Assembly: GCA_041576165.1 (NCBI GenBank)
Contig: JBFGLM010000012.1
Location: 1-64,000 of the forward strand
Direction: 5' to 3'
Length of the DNA stretch: 64,000 bases
From: Acidimicrobiia bacterium
GTDB taxonomy: Bacteria; Actinomycetota; Acidimicrobiia; Spongiisociales; Spongiisociaceae
In this document: positions 29,407-39,216 of the stretch, in pieces
How positions within the stretch are numbered: the first letter of the stretch is position 1
Layout of the letters: every line of letters starts with the position of its first letter
The notes under the pieces: generated by a model
Seen by the model: only the letters and a program-made list of their open reading frames with translations
Database searches by the model: none
Told to the model about the DNA's origin: nothing
Translations under genes and position numbers: made by a program

Positions 29407-31539
29407 GTGGACTGGGGCGACAGCGCCGAACTACATGACATCTTCATGGCGGAAGTCGCCGATCGAGCCGGCGGCCTGCTGCAGGCTGCCCGGGCCATGC
29501 AAGAGGGGACTTACGTCCCGTCGACCACCAGCGACCGGACTCGCGATGCCCACACGATCAAAGGTTCGTCCCGGGTCATGGGTTTTGACTACGCCGCGGA
29601 CGCCGCCGAGCAGATGGAGGAACTGTGGCGGCGCCTCGAGTCGGGGGCACTGCCGGCCAGCCGCGATCTCGGCAGTGCGCTCGAGCAGGTCATCACCGCG
29701 ATGCAGGGAGCCGTGGACGAGCCGTCGGATGCTCACCTCCAGACGCTGAATCTGGCGCTGGCCAACTTGCGCCGGACCACGGGAGGCGACTCGCCGGAGG
29801 AGGGCGGGAGACTGCGCGACCCGATTCAGCCCGGCGACGCGCCGGCGGCGGCGGAGGATGACGCGGACCCGGCCGCGACGCCGGCAGCACATCAGCTCAC
29901 CACCGAAACCGTCGTCGATTTGGGCGGGCTGCTCTCGTCGCTGCACGATCATCTCACCGGCGGAAACATGCGGATCGACAGCGGCAAGCTGTACCAGATG
30001 ATCAACCGGTCGGTTGAGCTGAGGTTGGACGTGCAGGCATTGAGCGAAACCGTCGATCGGGTCCTCGACCTCGTCGCAACCATCGACCCCGACCTGTCGA
30101 CGGAGTTCGCCAAGATGTGCAAGATGGTCGAGGCCTCGCTCTACGACATTCAAGAGCGAGCACTTGATCTCGCCTCAGTTCGCCTGAAAGAGATTACGTC
30201 GGGCTTCCCGCAACTCATGCGCTACGTGGCTCGCAAGACTGGCAAGGAAGTCCGGTTTGAGGTCTACGGCGAGGACCTCGAGATCGACCGCCAGATCCTC
30301 GAACGGCTCCATGAGCCGGTCCGCCATCTGCTCGTCAACGCAATCGACCACGGCATCGAGCCGCCCCTGCAACGCCAGGCAGCCGGCAAACCACCGACCG
30401 GCCACGTCGCGTTGCGAGTCAGCGCGGTCGGCAACCGGCTGGAGCTGCTGGTGCAGGATGACGGGGCTGGTATCGACTGGGCGGCGGTCCGCCGGCGCGG
30501 CCTGGAAGGCTCAGTGATCGATCCCGAGCAGGCAAACGACCAGTCCGAACTGGCCCGCCTCTTGTTCCTGCCAGGCTTCTCGACCCGCGGCGAACCGGCC
30601 GGCGTCAGCGGCGACGGAACCGGACTGGCCGGCGTCGCCGCACTGGCCGAAAGCCTCAAAGGCGGGCTTGCGATCGACTCCACCGCGGGTGTCGGTACGA
30701 CGATCTCGTTGACCCTCCCGGTCACACTCGCCATGCAAGACGTGGTTCTGGTCGAAGCCGAGGGTCAGCCGTGGGGGATCCCTGCCGCGGCGGTGGCGGC
30801 CAGCTTTCCCATCGTCAGTGCCGACATCGTGGCGGGTAACGAGCGCATCGAACTCATCTACGGAGGGCGGCGAATACCTATCGCTTCGTTCGCCTCGGCA
30901 GTCGGTCTACCGGAAACCGAGCCGGTGGAGCACGTGCTGGTGATGGCCACCCGGCTCGGACATTTCGGCTTGACGATTCCGCGCATATCAGCCCGTCGCC
31001 AGGTTGCCGTGAAGGGCATCAGCCCCCTGCTCGGCGGTGTGGGGCATGTCACGGGGGCGGCGCTGCTGGGGGCCGGGATGGTCGTGGCAATCCTCGAACC
31101 GAATCAACTGATCGAGCGGGTGCGATCTCTGCCTTCGCCCGTTTCGGGCCGGCCGCGAATCCTGGTGGTCGATGATTCGACCAGCGTACGCCAGTTGGTG
31201 GCCGCAGCTTTGTCCAGCCACGGTTTCGAAGTGGTCGTGGCGGCGGGAGTCGAGCCGGCCACGAAGCGCCTCGAAGCTGAGCGTTTCGACGCCATGATCG
31301 TGGATTATCAAATGCCGGGATCAGACGGGGTCGATCTCGTCAAGCAGGTTCGCAGCCGCTATCCGGTGCTGCCGATCGTCATGGTATCGGGCGTCGCGGA
31401 TCATTCGGACCAGGACCGCGCCTGGTCGGCCGGGGTGAGCGCCTACCTGGACAAGTTCGACTTGCGGCAGGGGGCGCTCGCCCAAACACTGCGGAGCCTG
31501 CTCAACCTCGACGTTGCGTCGAGGGCAGAGGGCGACTGA
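29407..31539 (+). CDS. cheA: CheA-like hybrid kinase (Hpt, HATPase, CheW, REC)
   Basis: Hpt RDAHTIKGSSRVMG; HLLVNAIDHGIE; QDDGAGID; FLPGFST; CheW-like segment with VTGAALLG.G; REC ILVVDDS...IVDYQMP..DG...K. Confidence 0.9.
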   Translation: MDWGDSAELHDIFMAEVADRAGGLLQAARAMQEGTYVPSTTSDRTRDAHTIKGSSRVMGFDYAADAAEQMEELWRRLESGALPASRDLGSALEQVITAMQGAVDEPSDAHLQTLNLALANLRRTTGGDSPEEGGRLRDPIQPGDAPAAAEDDADPAATPAAHQLTTETVVDLGGLLSSLHDHLTGGNMRIDSGKLYQMINRSVELRLDVQALSETVDRVLDLVATIDPDLSTEFAKMCKMVEASLYDIQERALDLASVRLKEITSGFPQLMRYVARKTGKEVRFEVYGEDLEIDRQILERLHEPVRHLLVNAIDHGIEPPLQRQAAGKPPTGHVALRVSAVGNRLELLVQDDGAGIDWAAVRRRGLEGSVIDPEQANDQSELARLLFLPGFSTRGEPAGVSGDGTGLAGVAALAESLKGGLAIDSTAGVGTTISLTLPVTLAMQDVVLVEAEGQPWGIPAAAVAASFPIVSADIVAGNERIELIYGGRRIPIASFASAVGLPETEPVEHVLVMATRLGHFGLTIPRISARRQVAVKGISPLLGGVGHVTGAALLGAGMVVAILEPNQLIERVRSLPSPVSGRPRILVVDDSTSVRQLVAAALSSHGFEVVVAAGVEPATKRLEAERFDAMIVDYQMPGSDGVDLVKQVRSRYPVLPIVMVSGVADHSDQDRAWSAGVSAYLDKFDLRQGALAQTLRSLLNLDVASRAEGD

Positions 31540-32534
31540 TGCGGATTCTCGTTGCCGACGACAGCCCGGTCATCAGGGCCGCAGTGAGGGACCTCCTGAC
31601 CGCCCACGGATACGACGTTCGGGTGGTGGAGGATGGTGTCGCCGCCGTGCAGAAGTTCTACGAGGATCCGCCAGATCTCGTGTTGCTCGATCTGCAGATG
31701 CCCGGACTGAACGGCTACGTCGCCTGCCGCATGATCAAAGAGGACTGGACCGTGGCGCATATCCCGGTTCTCATCCTGACCGCCCGGCGCAGTGCCGAAG
31801 ACCGCTATTGGGCCGAGAAGTCGGGGGCGGACGGGTACATCACCAAGGACGATCTCGGCAGCGAGCTGATCGCCGCGATTCGCACCGCGTCGGCCTCCCT
31901 GGCGCTGTCGGAGCTCACCCACGACCCGGCCCGGGCCAAGCTGGATCAGCGTGACGTGCTGACCAAAGTATGCGAGATGCTGGACCACAAGCTATTCGAG
32001 ATGTCCACCGTGAATGACATAGTGACGCTGTCGACGCGGGCCCTCGATCTCCGTACGACCATGCGGGAGACACTTCGGATAGTCCGCCGGTTCGTCGAGT
32101 TCGAGATCGGTGGGATCGCACTCCTCGAGAACGCTGTGCTCGAGGTGACTCCGACGGTGGCGGTCGCCCGGGACGAGATCGAGCAGTTTCGTGCCCTGGT
32201 CGCCGGCCACCTCGAACAGCTGTCGGGGCGCCGGGTGGCGCCCGGCGATTTGACCCTGTGGCTGGATGAGGAGGGCGAGGGGCGTCTCGACCAGGAGTTG
32301 ATCGGCCAGGGTCTCAACTCGTTCTTCGCAATGGCATTGCGATCCAGAGCCGAGGTGATAGGGGTCCTGTCCATCGCCGCCCGCCGGCCGGGTGTTTACA
32401 CGCCGGCCATGGTGCGGACTACACGCATGGTCGAGTCCCCGATCTCAATGGTCATCGACTCGGCCCACCACCATCAGAAGCAACTGGAAGAAGAGGCCCG
32501 TCAGAGCCTCTCCTCGCTCTACGACCTCAGCTGA
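31539..32534 (+). CDS. Response regulator: REC plus GAF-like domain, no enzymatic or DNA-binding output
   Basis: RILVADDS, LLDLQMPGLNG, LILTA, GADGYITK; C-terminal SFFAMALRSRAEVIGVLSIA (GAF-like). Confidence 0.85.
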   Translation: MRILVADDSPVIRAAVRDLLTAHGYDVRVVEDGVAAVQKFYEDPPDLVLLDLQMPGLNGYVACRMIKEDWTVAHIPVLILTARRSAEDRYWAEKSGADGYITKDDLGSELIAAIRTASASLALSELTHDPARAKLDQRDVLTKVCEMLDHKLFEMSTVNDIVTLSTRALDLRTTMRETLRIVRRFVEFEIGGIALLENAVLEVTPTVAVARDEIEQFRALVAGHLEQLSGRRVAPGDLTLWLDEEGEGRLDQELIGQGLNSFFAMALRSRAEVIGVLSIAARRPGVYTPAMVRTTRMVESPISMVIDSAHHHQKQLEEEARQSLSSLYDLS

Positions 32535-32583
32535 CCGCGGAGATCTCCGCTCGGATCGCATCGTCCGGAAGCCGATTGCTTCC

Positions 32584-32611
32584 TCAACCTGGCTCAGGCG
32601 GCGCCCGATAC
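32584..32611 (+). promoter_or_regulatory. Putative sigma28 (FliA/WhiG)-type promoter
   Basis: TCAA-N16-CCCGATAC, same spacing as the motif before cheA. Confidence 0.45.
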
Positions 32612-32721
32612 TCCTAGGAGGGTCGCCGGCCCTCGCCGGAACCCAGAGGCGCCGGTAGGAGTCCTGCAGTGCACAATGCACGCTGCATACGAGCTGGATC
32701 GTTCCGGCCGGGAGCGCGACG

Positions 32722-33594
32722 GTGGTAGAGCTCGGAGTCCTGCTGCCGCTCACGTTGCTGGCCGGCCTCGCTCTCGCGCTGGCGGTGGCGGCGTTCCGCC
32801 AGGCGGGCGTCCGCGAGGAGCGGGCCCGGGCCAATGCCGAGCATGCCCGGTTGATGAAGAACCAGTTCGTGTCGATGGTGTCACATGAGCTGCGGACCCC
32901 CTTGACGTCGATTGCCGGTTTCGCCGACACCCTGATTGCCAGCTGGCGTGACCTGCCGCCCGGCGAGGTCGACGAGTTCCTGCGGATCATCACTGCACAA
33001 GCCCAACATCTGGGCGAACTCGTTGAGGACGTGCTCGTGATTCCGCGGCTCGAGTCCGGCCGTTTGAAGATCGTGCCGGCTCGCTTCGACATCGGAGAGC
33101 TGGCCCATGAGGTAGTGGATGCGGTGGTGGCCGGCACGACCCAGCAGCAGGCCTCGGTCGCGATCCCCGCAGGGGTCGAGGTGCATGCCGACCGCAATCG
33201 CGTGCAGCAGATTCTGCGGAATCTGGTGGAGAATGCTCTCAAACACGGCGGCAGCCAGATCCTGGTTGAGGGCAGGTCAGAGGCCGGCCGGTACGTCGTC
33301 ACAGTTGAGGACGACGGGCCGGGCATACCGTTCGAAGACCGCGACCGCGTTTTCGAACATTTCGAGCAGATCACGAAGGGCGACAACCGGCGCGATGAAG
33401 GGGTCGGTCTCGGCCTGCCGATCGCACGCAAACTGGCCAGAGCGATGGGTGGCGACTTGTGGTACGAGGCACGGTTCCCAACCGGCAGCCGCTTCAGCTT
33501 CACGATCCAGGCCATAGAGGCGGGGGAGGCCTCGGACCCGGTCGCACACCAACCCGCTGCTCCGGCCCTCCGGCCCGGCCACAAGCCGGCCTGA
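32722..33594 (+). CDS. Histidine kinase: one TM, HisKA, HATPase, no sensor domain
   Basis: VSHELRTPLTSI, NLVENALKH, EDDGPGI, FEHF, GVGLGL. Confidence 0.92.
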   Translation: MVELGVLLPLTLLAGLALALAVAAFRQAGVREERARANAEHARLMKNQFVSMVSHELRTPLTSIAGFADTLIASWRDLPPGEVDEFLRIITAQAQHLGELVEDVLVIPRLESGRLKIVPARFDIGELAHEVVDAVVAGTTQQQASVAIPAGVEVHADRNRVQQILRNLVENALKHGGSQILVEGRSEAGRYVVTVEDDGPGIPFEDRDRVFEHFEQITKGDNRRDEGVGLGLPIARKLARAMGGDLWYEARFPTGSRFSFTIQAIEAGEASDPVAHQPAAPALRPGHKPA

Positions 33595-33674
33595 GAGCCA
33601 TATCGGGCGGCGACCCAGCGGCGCGAATTCCTCGCGTGTGATTCACCTCCGCCCTGTGCAGTACCATCTCTCGC

Positions 33675-35936
33675 ATGTCGCAGGTTTCGGGCCAGCCCGT
33701 CCGCCTGGAGTTCGAAGATGGCACGGCACGGGATCCGGCCGAGTCGGTGCTGTTCGAGGACCTCAACCCAACCCAGCGCAACGCCGTGGCAACGACCGAG
33801 GGACCAGTGCTGGTCGTGGCGGGGGCCGGCTCCGGAAAAACCCGCGTCCTCACGTACCGCATGGCGCATCTCGTGCGCGACCTGGGCGTCGCGCCCAGCG
33901 CCATCCTCGCCATCACCTTCACCAACAAGGCCGCCGACGAGATGAGAGACCGGGTGGCCAATCTGGTCGGCGGAGCGGCTATCCGCAGCATGTGGGTGTC
34001 GACCTTCCACAGCGCGTGTGTGCGCATCCTCCGACGAGAGGCGCCGCGGTTGGGGTATCGGTCGGCGTTCACGATCTACGACTCCCAGGATTCTCTACGG
34101 GCCGTGACGTTGGCGGTCAAAGACCTGAACCTCGATCCGAAACGGTTTCCTCCCAGGGCTATCCAGGCAACGATCTCCAACGCCAAGAACGAGCTAGTCG
34201 ACTACGAGTCGTTCGCGGACAGCGGCGTTGGTTTCTATCACGACAACATCGCCGACGTGTATCGGCTCTACCAGCAGCGGATGCTCGAGGCCTCTGCCAT
34301 GGACTTCGACGACCTGCTGATGGTGACCGTAGAGCTGTTCGGTGCGTTCCCAGAGGTCCTCGAGCACTACCAGGAGCGGTTCCGGTACATCCACGTAGAC
34401 GAGTATCAGGACACCAACCGAGCGCAGTACATGCTCGTGAAACAACTGGCGGCGGTGCACCGCAACCTGTGCGTTGTGGGCGACAGCGACCAGTCCATCT
34501 ACAGATTCCGCGGCGCCGACATCCGCAACATCTTGGAGTTTGAAAAGGACTACCCCGATGTGCGGGTCATTGTGCTGGACCAGAACTACCGCTCCACCGA
34601 GACGATCCTCGACGCGGCCAATTCCGTCATCTCCAACAACACGCAGCGCAAGCCAAAACGCCTGTGGACGGACCTGGGACGCGGCGTGCCGATCATCCGG
34701 TACGAGGCGCAGGACGAACACGATGAGGCGGCTTTCGTGGCCGACGAGATACTGGCGCTCGAGGACGCCGAGGACCTGCTGGCCTCCGACGTTGCGGTGT
34801 TCTATCGCACCAACGCCCAAAGCCGGGTGCTGGAGGAAGTGCTCGTCCGCTACGGGATCCCGTATACGGTCATTGGCAGCGTCAAGTTCTACGAGCGGCG
34901 CGAGATCAAAGACGTGCTCGCCTATCTGCGCACACTGGTCAACCCGGATGACCCAATCTCGGTCAAGCGCGTGATCAACGTCCCCAAACGCTCCATCGGA
35001 GATACCAGCGTCGGTCATATCGACCGGTTCGCTGAAACCGCGGACATCTCATTCTTCGAGGCACTCGAACGGGTGGACGAGATCGAAGCGCTGTCGGCCC
35101 GCGCCAAGAATTCGGTGCGCGATTTCCTCGCCATCGTGGAACAGCTGCGGGAGGAGGCGATGGCGGGCGGACCGCGGTCGGCCGTGGACGCCGTGCTCAC
35201 CCACACCGGCTATCTCGAGATGATCGAGGCCGAGAAAACGATCGAAGCACTCGGACGGGCGGAAAACCTACGCGAACTCAGCTCGGGCGCGGAGGAATTC
35301 GAGAACGTCAGCGAAGGAGCCGTCATCGACGGTGAGGAGTTCGACGAGATGGACGGGCTCCGCAAACTCGAACTGTTCTTGGAGTCGGTAGCGCTGGTAG
35401 CGGACGTAGACGAGCTCGACGAGGGGCGCTCTTCGGCGACGCTGATGACCCTGCACAACGCGAAAGGTCTCGAATTCCCGATCGTGTTCATCATCGGCCT
35501 CGAAGACGGCGTGTTTCCCCATATGCGCTCGCTGGGGGATCCCGACGAGCTGGAGGAGGAGCGCCGGCTTGCCTACGTCGGCATCACTCGGGCGCAGCGG
35601 CGTCTGTTCCTATCGAGTGCGTGGAGCAGAATGCTGTGGGGTGGGACCCAGTACAACCCGCCCAGCCGGTTCCTGAAGGAGATCCCGGAGCAGCTAGTCG
35701 ACAAAGCCGGCAAGCGCCAGCGCAAACCGAAACTCGAGTCGGCCACTGGAGCGGGGGACACCGTAAGCCACTCCGACATCGGCCCGGGTGATCGGGTGCT
35801 GCACGACAAATGGGGCGAGGGCGTTGTCCGGCAGGTCATCGGCAGCGGCGACAAGGCCGAGGCCGAGGTGGATTTCGAGCACGAGGGCAACAAGCGCCTC
35901 TTGCTTGCCTGGGCGCCCCTCAAAAAGGTCGGCTGA
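33675..35936 (+). CDS. pcrA: DNA helicase PcrA/UvrD
   Basis: AGAGSGKT, TFTNKAA, VDEYQDTN, VGDSDQSIY.FRGA, QNYRS, MTLHNAKGLEF, EEERRLAYVGITRA. Confidence 0.96.
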   Translation: MSQVSGQPVRLEFEDGTARDPAESVLFEDLNPTQRNAVATTEGPVLVVAGAGSGKTRVLTYRMAHLVRDLGVAPSAILAITFTNKAADEMRDRVANLVGGAAIRSMWVSTFHSACVRILRREAPRLGYRSAFTIYDSQDSLRAVTLAVKDLNLDPKRFPPRAIQATISNAKNELVDYESFADSGVGFYHDNIADVYRLYQQRMLEASAMDFDDLLMVTVELFGAFPEVLEHYQERFRYIHVDEYQDTNRAQYMLVKQLAAVHRNLCVVGDSDQSIYRFRGADIRNILEFEKDYPDVRVIVLDQNYRSTETILDAANSVISNNTQRKPKRLWTDLGRGVPIIRYEAQDEHDEAAFVADEILALEDAEDLLASDVAVFYRTNAQSRVLEEVLVRYGIPYTVIGSVKFYERREIKDVLAYLRTLVNPDDPISVKRVINVPKRSIGDTSVGHIDRFAETADISFFEALERVDEIEALSARAKNSVRDFLAIVEQLREEAMAGGPRSAVDAVLTHTGYLEMIEAEKTIEALGRAENLRELSSGAEEFENVSEGAVIDGEEFDEMDGLRKLELFLESVALVADVDELDEGRSSATLMTLHNAKGLEFPIVFIIGLEDGVFPHMRSLGDPDELEEERRLAYVGITRAQRRLFLSSAWSRMLWGGTQYNPPSRFLKEIPEQLVDKAGKRQRKPKLESATGAGDTVSHSDIGPGDRVLHDKWGEGVVRQVIGSGDKAEAEVDFEHEGNKRLLLAWAPLKKVG

Positions 35937-36026
35937 TCGGCTCCCTTGCGCCTCCCGTTCCGAAACATTGATCCGGCCGGTACCGTTGTACGTACCGGCC
36001 GATAGCCGACAACCGAAGGGAGCCAC

Positions 36027-37139
36027 ATGTCCAACCTTCACCGACTGGCCGGGGTCGGTCAGTCGATCTGGATCGACTCACTTTCCCGCGAGATGCTGCG
36101 GACCGGTCAGCTCCAGCAGCACATCGACCGGAATGCGGTCACCGGCGTCACCTCCAACCCCACCATCTTCGCCAAGGCAATGCTGTCGGGGGATCACTAC
36201 GACCAGCAGCTCTCCGAGCTGGTCGACCGGGACGCCGGAACCGACGAGATCTATGCCGCGTTGGTGACCCAGGACATCCAGCGTGCCTGTGATGTGATGC
36301 TGCCCATCCACGAGCGGACCGGCGGCGCGGACGGATTTGTGTCCGTCGAAGTTGCGCCCACCTTGGCGCACGACACGGAGGGCACCGTCGCCGAGGCGCG
36401 GGAATGGTCCAAGCGCGTGGATCGTCCCAATTTGCTGGTCAAAGTACCTGCGACGGCCGAGGGCGTCGGGGCGGTTCGCCAGCTCATCTCGGAGGGCATC
36501 TCCATCAACGTCACGCTGATCTTCTCGCTCGATCGGTATGAGGCGGTGATGGAGGCCTACCTGTCCGGGCTCGAGCAGTATCACCAGACTGGCGGGGAGA
36601 TCTCCCGGGTTGCCTCGGTCGCGTCCTTTTTCGTTTCTCGCTTCGACTCGGAGGTCGATCCCCGCCTGGAAGAGATCGGCACCGATTCAGCTCTGGCGCT
36701 GCGCGGCAAGAGCGCCGTGGCCAACGCTCAGGTTGCCTATTTACGCTTCCTCCGCACGTTCACTACCGATCGCTGGCTGGCGTTGGCCGCGAGCGGGGCC
36801 CGCGTGCAGCAACCGCTGTGGGCCAGCACCTCGACCAAGAACCCCGACTACTCCGACGTCCTCTATGTCGAGAACCTGGCCGTACCGATGACGGTCAACA
36901 CACTGCCGGAGTCGACCATCGACGCCTACCAGGAACACGGGCCCGAGTATCCCCCAATCCTCGATCTGGCGGACATGGCTGCGGCGCGTGAGATATTGGT
37001 CGAGCTGAGCCAGGTGGGTGTCGACTACGACGACGTCACGGCTGTGCTCGAGCGGGAGGGCGTCGATAAGTTCGCCGCGTCGTTCCAGGAGATGATCGAC
37101 GACATAGATCGCAAACGCCGGAGCCTGCTGAAAGGCTGA
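36027..37139 (+). CDS. tal: Transaldolase (actinobacterial long type)
   Basis: SIWIDSLSR, GVTSNPTIF, VKVPAT, NVTLIFS, ASFFVSR, LWASTSTKNP, VNTLP. Confidence 0.94.
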   Translation: MSNLHRLAGVGQSIWIDSLSREMLRTGQLQQHIDRNAVTGVTSNPTIFAKAMLSGDHYDQQLSELVDRDAGTDEIYAALVTQDIQRACDVMLPIHERTGGADGFVSVEVAPTLAHDTEGTVAEAREWSKRVDRPNLLVKVPATAEGVGAVRQLISEGISINVTLIFSLDRYEAVMEAYLSGLEQYHQTGGEISRVASVASFFVSRFDSEVDPRLEEIGTDSALALRGKSAVANAQVAYLRFLRTFTTDRWLALAASGARVQQPLWASTSTKNPDYSDVLYVENLAVPMTVNTLPESTIDAYQEHGPEYPPILDLADMAAAREILVELSQVGVDYDDVTAVLEREGVDKFAASFQEMIDDIDRKRRSLLKG

Positions 37140-37224
37140 ATCTGGCCTCGGGCGGTTGTGAGCAGCGACTTCCACCACATCAGGTGGTGAGCACCTTCCG
37201 CCGCGAGCGTGAGGCGTTTGGCGT

Positions 37225-37410
37225 CAATAGGGCGACCTCCACCGAGGTCACGTCATTGAGCGAGCCCATGACGCCCCGTCGGCCAACAACTCCAGGTATA
37301 TGTCTTCTAGCTGGGCACAGAGCAGCTCGAGGAAGCCTTCTACGAGGGCGGCGCCGGGTCGGTGGGGGCCGTGCCATTGCCCGACCAGCGCCTCGCCGGC
37401 GATGTGGAGT
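37225..37410 (-). pseudogene. Decayed fragment of an ABC ATPase-end / permease-start junction
   Basis: Minus strand reads LEDIYLELLA then MGSLNDVTSVEVALL, versus LEDIYFELV and MDSLRNMTWLEVKLF at 39170-39260; 19/24 nt identity between 37287-37310 and 39234-39257. Confidence 0.6.
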
Positions 37411-37437
37411 CGTATCGCTCAGGAAGAACGAACGCGC

Positions 37438-38286
37438 TCACGTCCGGCGTCGAGCCACCAGCGCCACCCCGATCAGGCCAATCAGCCAGCCCGCCGCGGC
37501 CAGCATCCCGAACGCCCTGGGCCCCGTGAATGGAAGCCTGGTTGGTGCCACGCCTGTCGTGGTGGTCGCTGCTGGCGATGTCGTAGTCGATTCCAGCGTT
37601 GTCGTCGTGGTCCCCAGCTGTGGGGCCTCGGCCGCCTCGGCGACCATTACGATCTCGAGCGTTAGTTCTTGGCGCGGTTGGATGCTGAACGCCAGCTCTT
37701 GCGCTCTGAAGCCTTCGGCTTGGACCCTGAGCACGTAGTCACCGGTCAATCCGCCGCCATCGTCGCTCGTGAAGCTGCCGTCCGGGCCGCTCAACCCGAT
37801 GCCATAGCCAGTAACCACCGGGCCCGACAGGACGAGGTTTGCCGAGGGGATCGGTTCACCGGAGACCGAGTCTCGGACGGTGCCTACGACTCTTCCTCCG
37901 AGGGCGAGACGCATTTCGATTTCGACTGTCTCTCCGGCACCCAGCACCACGATGTCACGCTCGGCGTACCCCGATCCGTCGTGATCCTGGTAGTACTCGA
38001 GGAGGTATGGATTGACCTCGGGAAAGGCGTAGCTTCCGGCGGCGATCCAGTACCCACCGGGTGGTAACCCATCAGCAACCAGCACGCCCTCTTCGCTGGA
38101 TCTCTCCGCGACGTTTACGCCGTTTGCGATCGTGACCGGGACGCCGCCCAGCGGATCACCTGTGATGTCATCCGTCAAGGCAACGATCAAAGTGGCGGTG
38201 TCCTCGGCGCCCGATTGACCACCGGCCAGCGCAGCTTGGTTGAGGGAGGCGAGCACCACCGCCAGCACAATCACCGATGTCTGCAT
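37438..38286 (-). CDS. Secreted sortase substrate with carboxypeptidase-regulatory/CnaB-like beta domains
   Basis: Signal peptide, G.V.D..SGEPIP repeats, Thr-rich linker, LPFTG + hydrophobic helix + RRRT. Confidence 0.8.
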   Translation of the reverse strand: MQTSVIVLAVVLASLNQAALAGGQSGAEDTATLIVALTDDITGDPLGGVPVTIANGVNVAERSSEEGVLVADGLPPGGYWIAAGSYAFPEVNPYLLEYYQDHDGSGYAERDIVVLGAGETVEIEMRLALGGRVVGTVRDSVSGEPIPSANLVLSGPVVTGYGIGLSGPDGSFTSDDGGGLTGDYVLRVQAEGFRAQELAFSIQPRQELTLEIVMVAEAAEAPQLGTTTTTLESTTTSPAATTTTGVAPTRLPFTGPRAFGMLAAAGWLIGLIGVALVARRRT

Positions 38287-38460
38287 GCGTGGTCCTCTGC
38301 CATCACCACCCTCGTACAGGGACGCCGGCCTACCCAGTGCCCAAGGTCCCTCATCCGCACGACCCCGGGACGCCGCTGAGTTGTCACGAACTCCGACATC
38401 CGCTGCGTCGAGAATCTGGCTGGACGCTCAATGGGGCGTGGGCCCGGGGTCGGACTTCTG

Positions 38461-39216
38461 TCATTGCCAGCGGTAGGCCTTCCACGCGGCTGCGCCACAG
38501 GCCACGGCGATGGCCGCCGCTACCGCGGACTGGGCGCCGGCCCACCCTCCGGTGAGCCACGGCTCCTGGAGCAGCTCGATGACCGGTGTCAGTGGGAGCC
38601 AGTCGCCGATGATGCGGAGTGAATCCGGCAGTACCTCCGGCGGGGGACCCGCCCCCGACAGGAACATGAATGTGAACCACATCAGCAGCCCGACCGTCTG
38701 GGCGGAGCGGGCCGTCGGGAGAACGGTGCCGAGCAGAAGCCCCATTGCGGCGACGGCTCCTGCTCCCAATCCGTAGGCGGCTATGAAGCCGGCGGGCGAG
38801 ATCGGAGCGCTCACGTCGGTGAACAGAAACGCCGCGACGAGCAACAATCCGGCACCGGCTGTCGCTATCAGCAATGTCACGATCAGCTGGCTGGCCAAGA
38901 CCACACCTCGATGCACTGAGGAAGCGCGGAAGCGGCGCAGTACGCCGAACTCTCGATACTCAACCATGTGAACAGGCACGCTGATCAAGGCCACTCCGGC
39001 AACCGCCAGCGCAACGTACGCGGGTGTATAGAAGTCGGTTGGTCCGTGCCCGCCGTACACCCGCACATCGCTGCTCGTGTCCGGTTGGTTGCCGAAGACT
39101 CCGCCCAGTATGTACAGCACCATCAACGGCAACGCGAGCGTGAAGATCACCGTGACGGGTTCTCGCAGGAACAGCTTCACCTCGAGCCAGGTCATGTTCC
39201 GCAGTGAGTCCATCAT
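38461..39216 (-). CDS. ABC-2 type exporter permease
   Basis: EVKLFLREP, YREFGVLRRF, FLSGA..P.EVLP. Confidence 0.9.
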   Translation of the reverse strand: MMDSLRNMTWLEVKLFLREPVTVIFTLALPLMVLYILGGVFGNQPDTSSDVRVYGGHGPTDFYTPAYVALAVAGVALISVPVHMVEYREFGVLRRFRASSVHRGVVLASQLIVTLLIATAGAGLLLVAAFLFTDVSAPISPAGFIAAYGLGAGAVAAMGLLLGTVLPTARSAQTVGLLMWFTFMFLSGAGPPPEVLPDSLRIIGDWLPLTPVIELLQEPWLTGGWAGAQSAVAAAIAVACGAAAWKAYRWQ

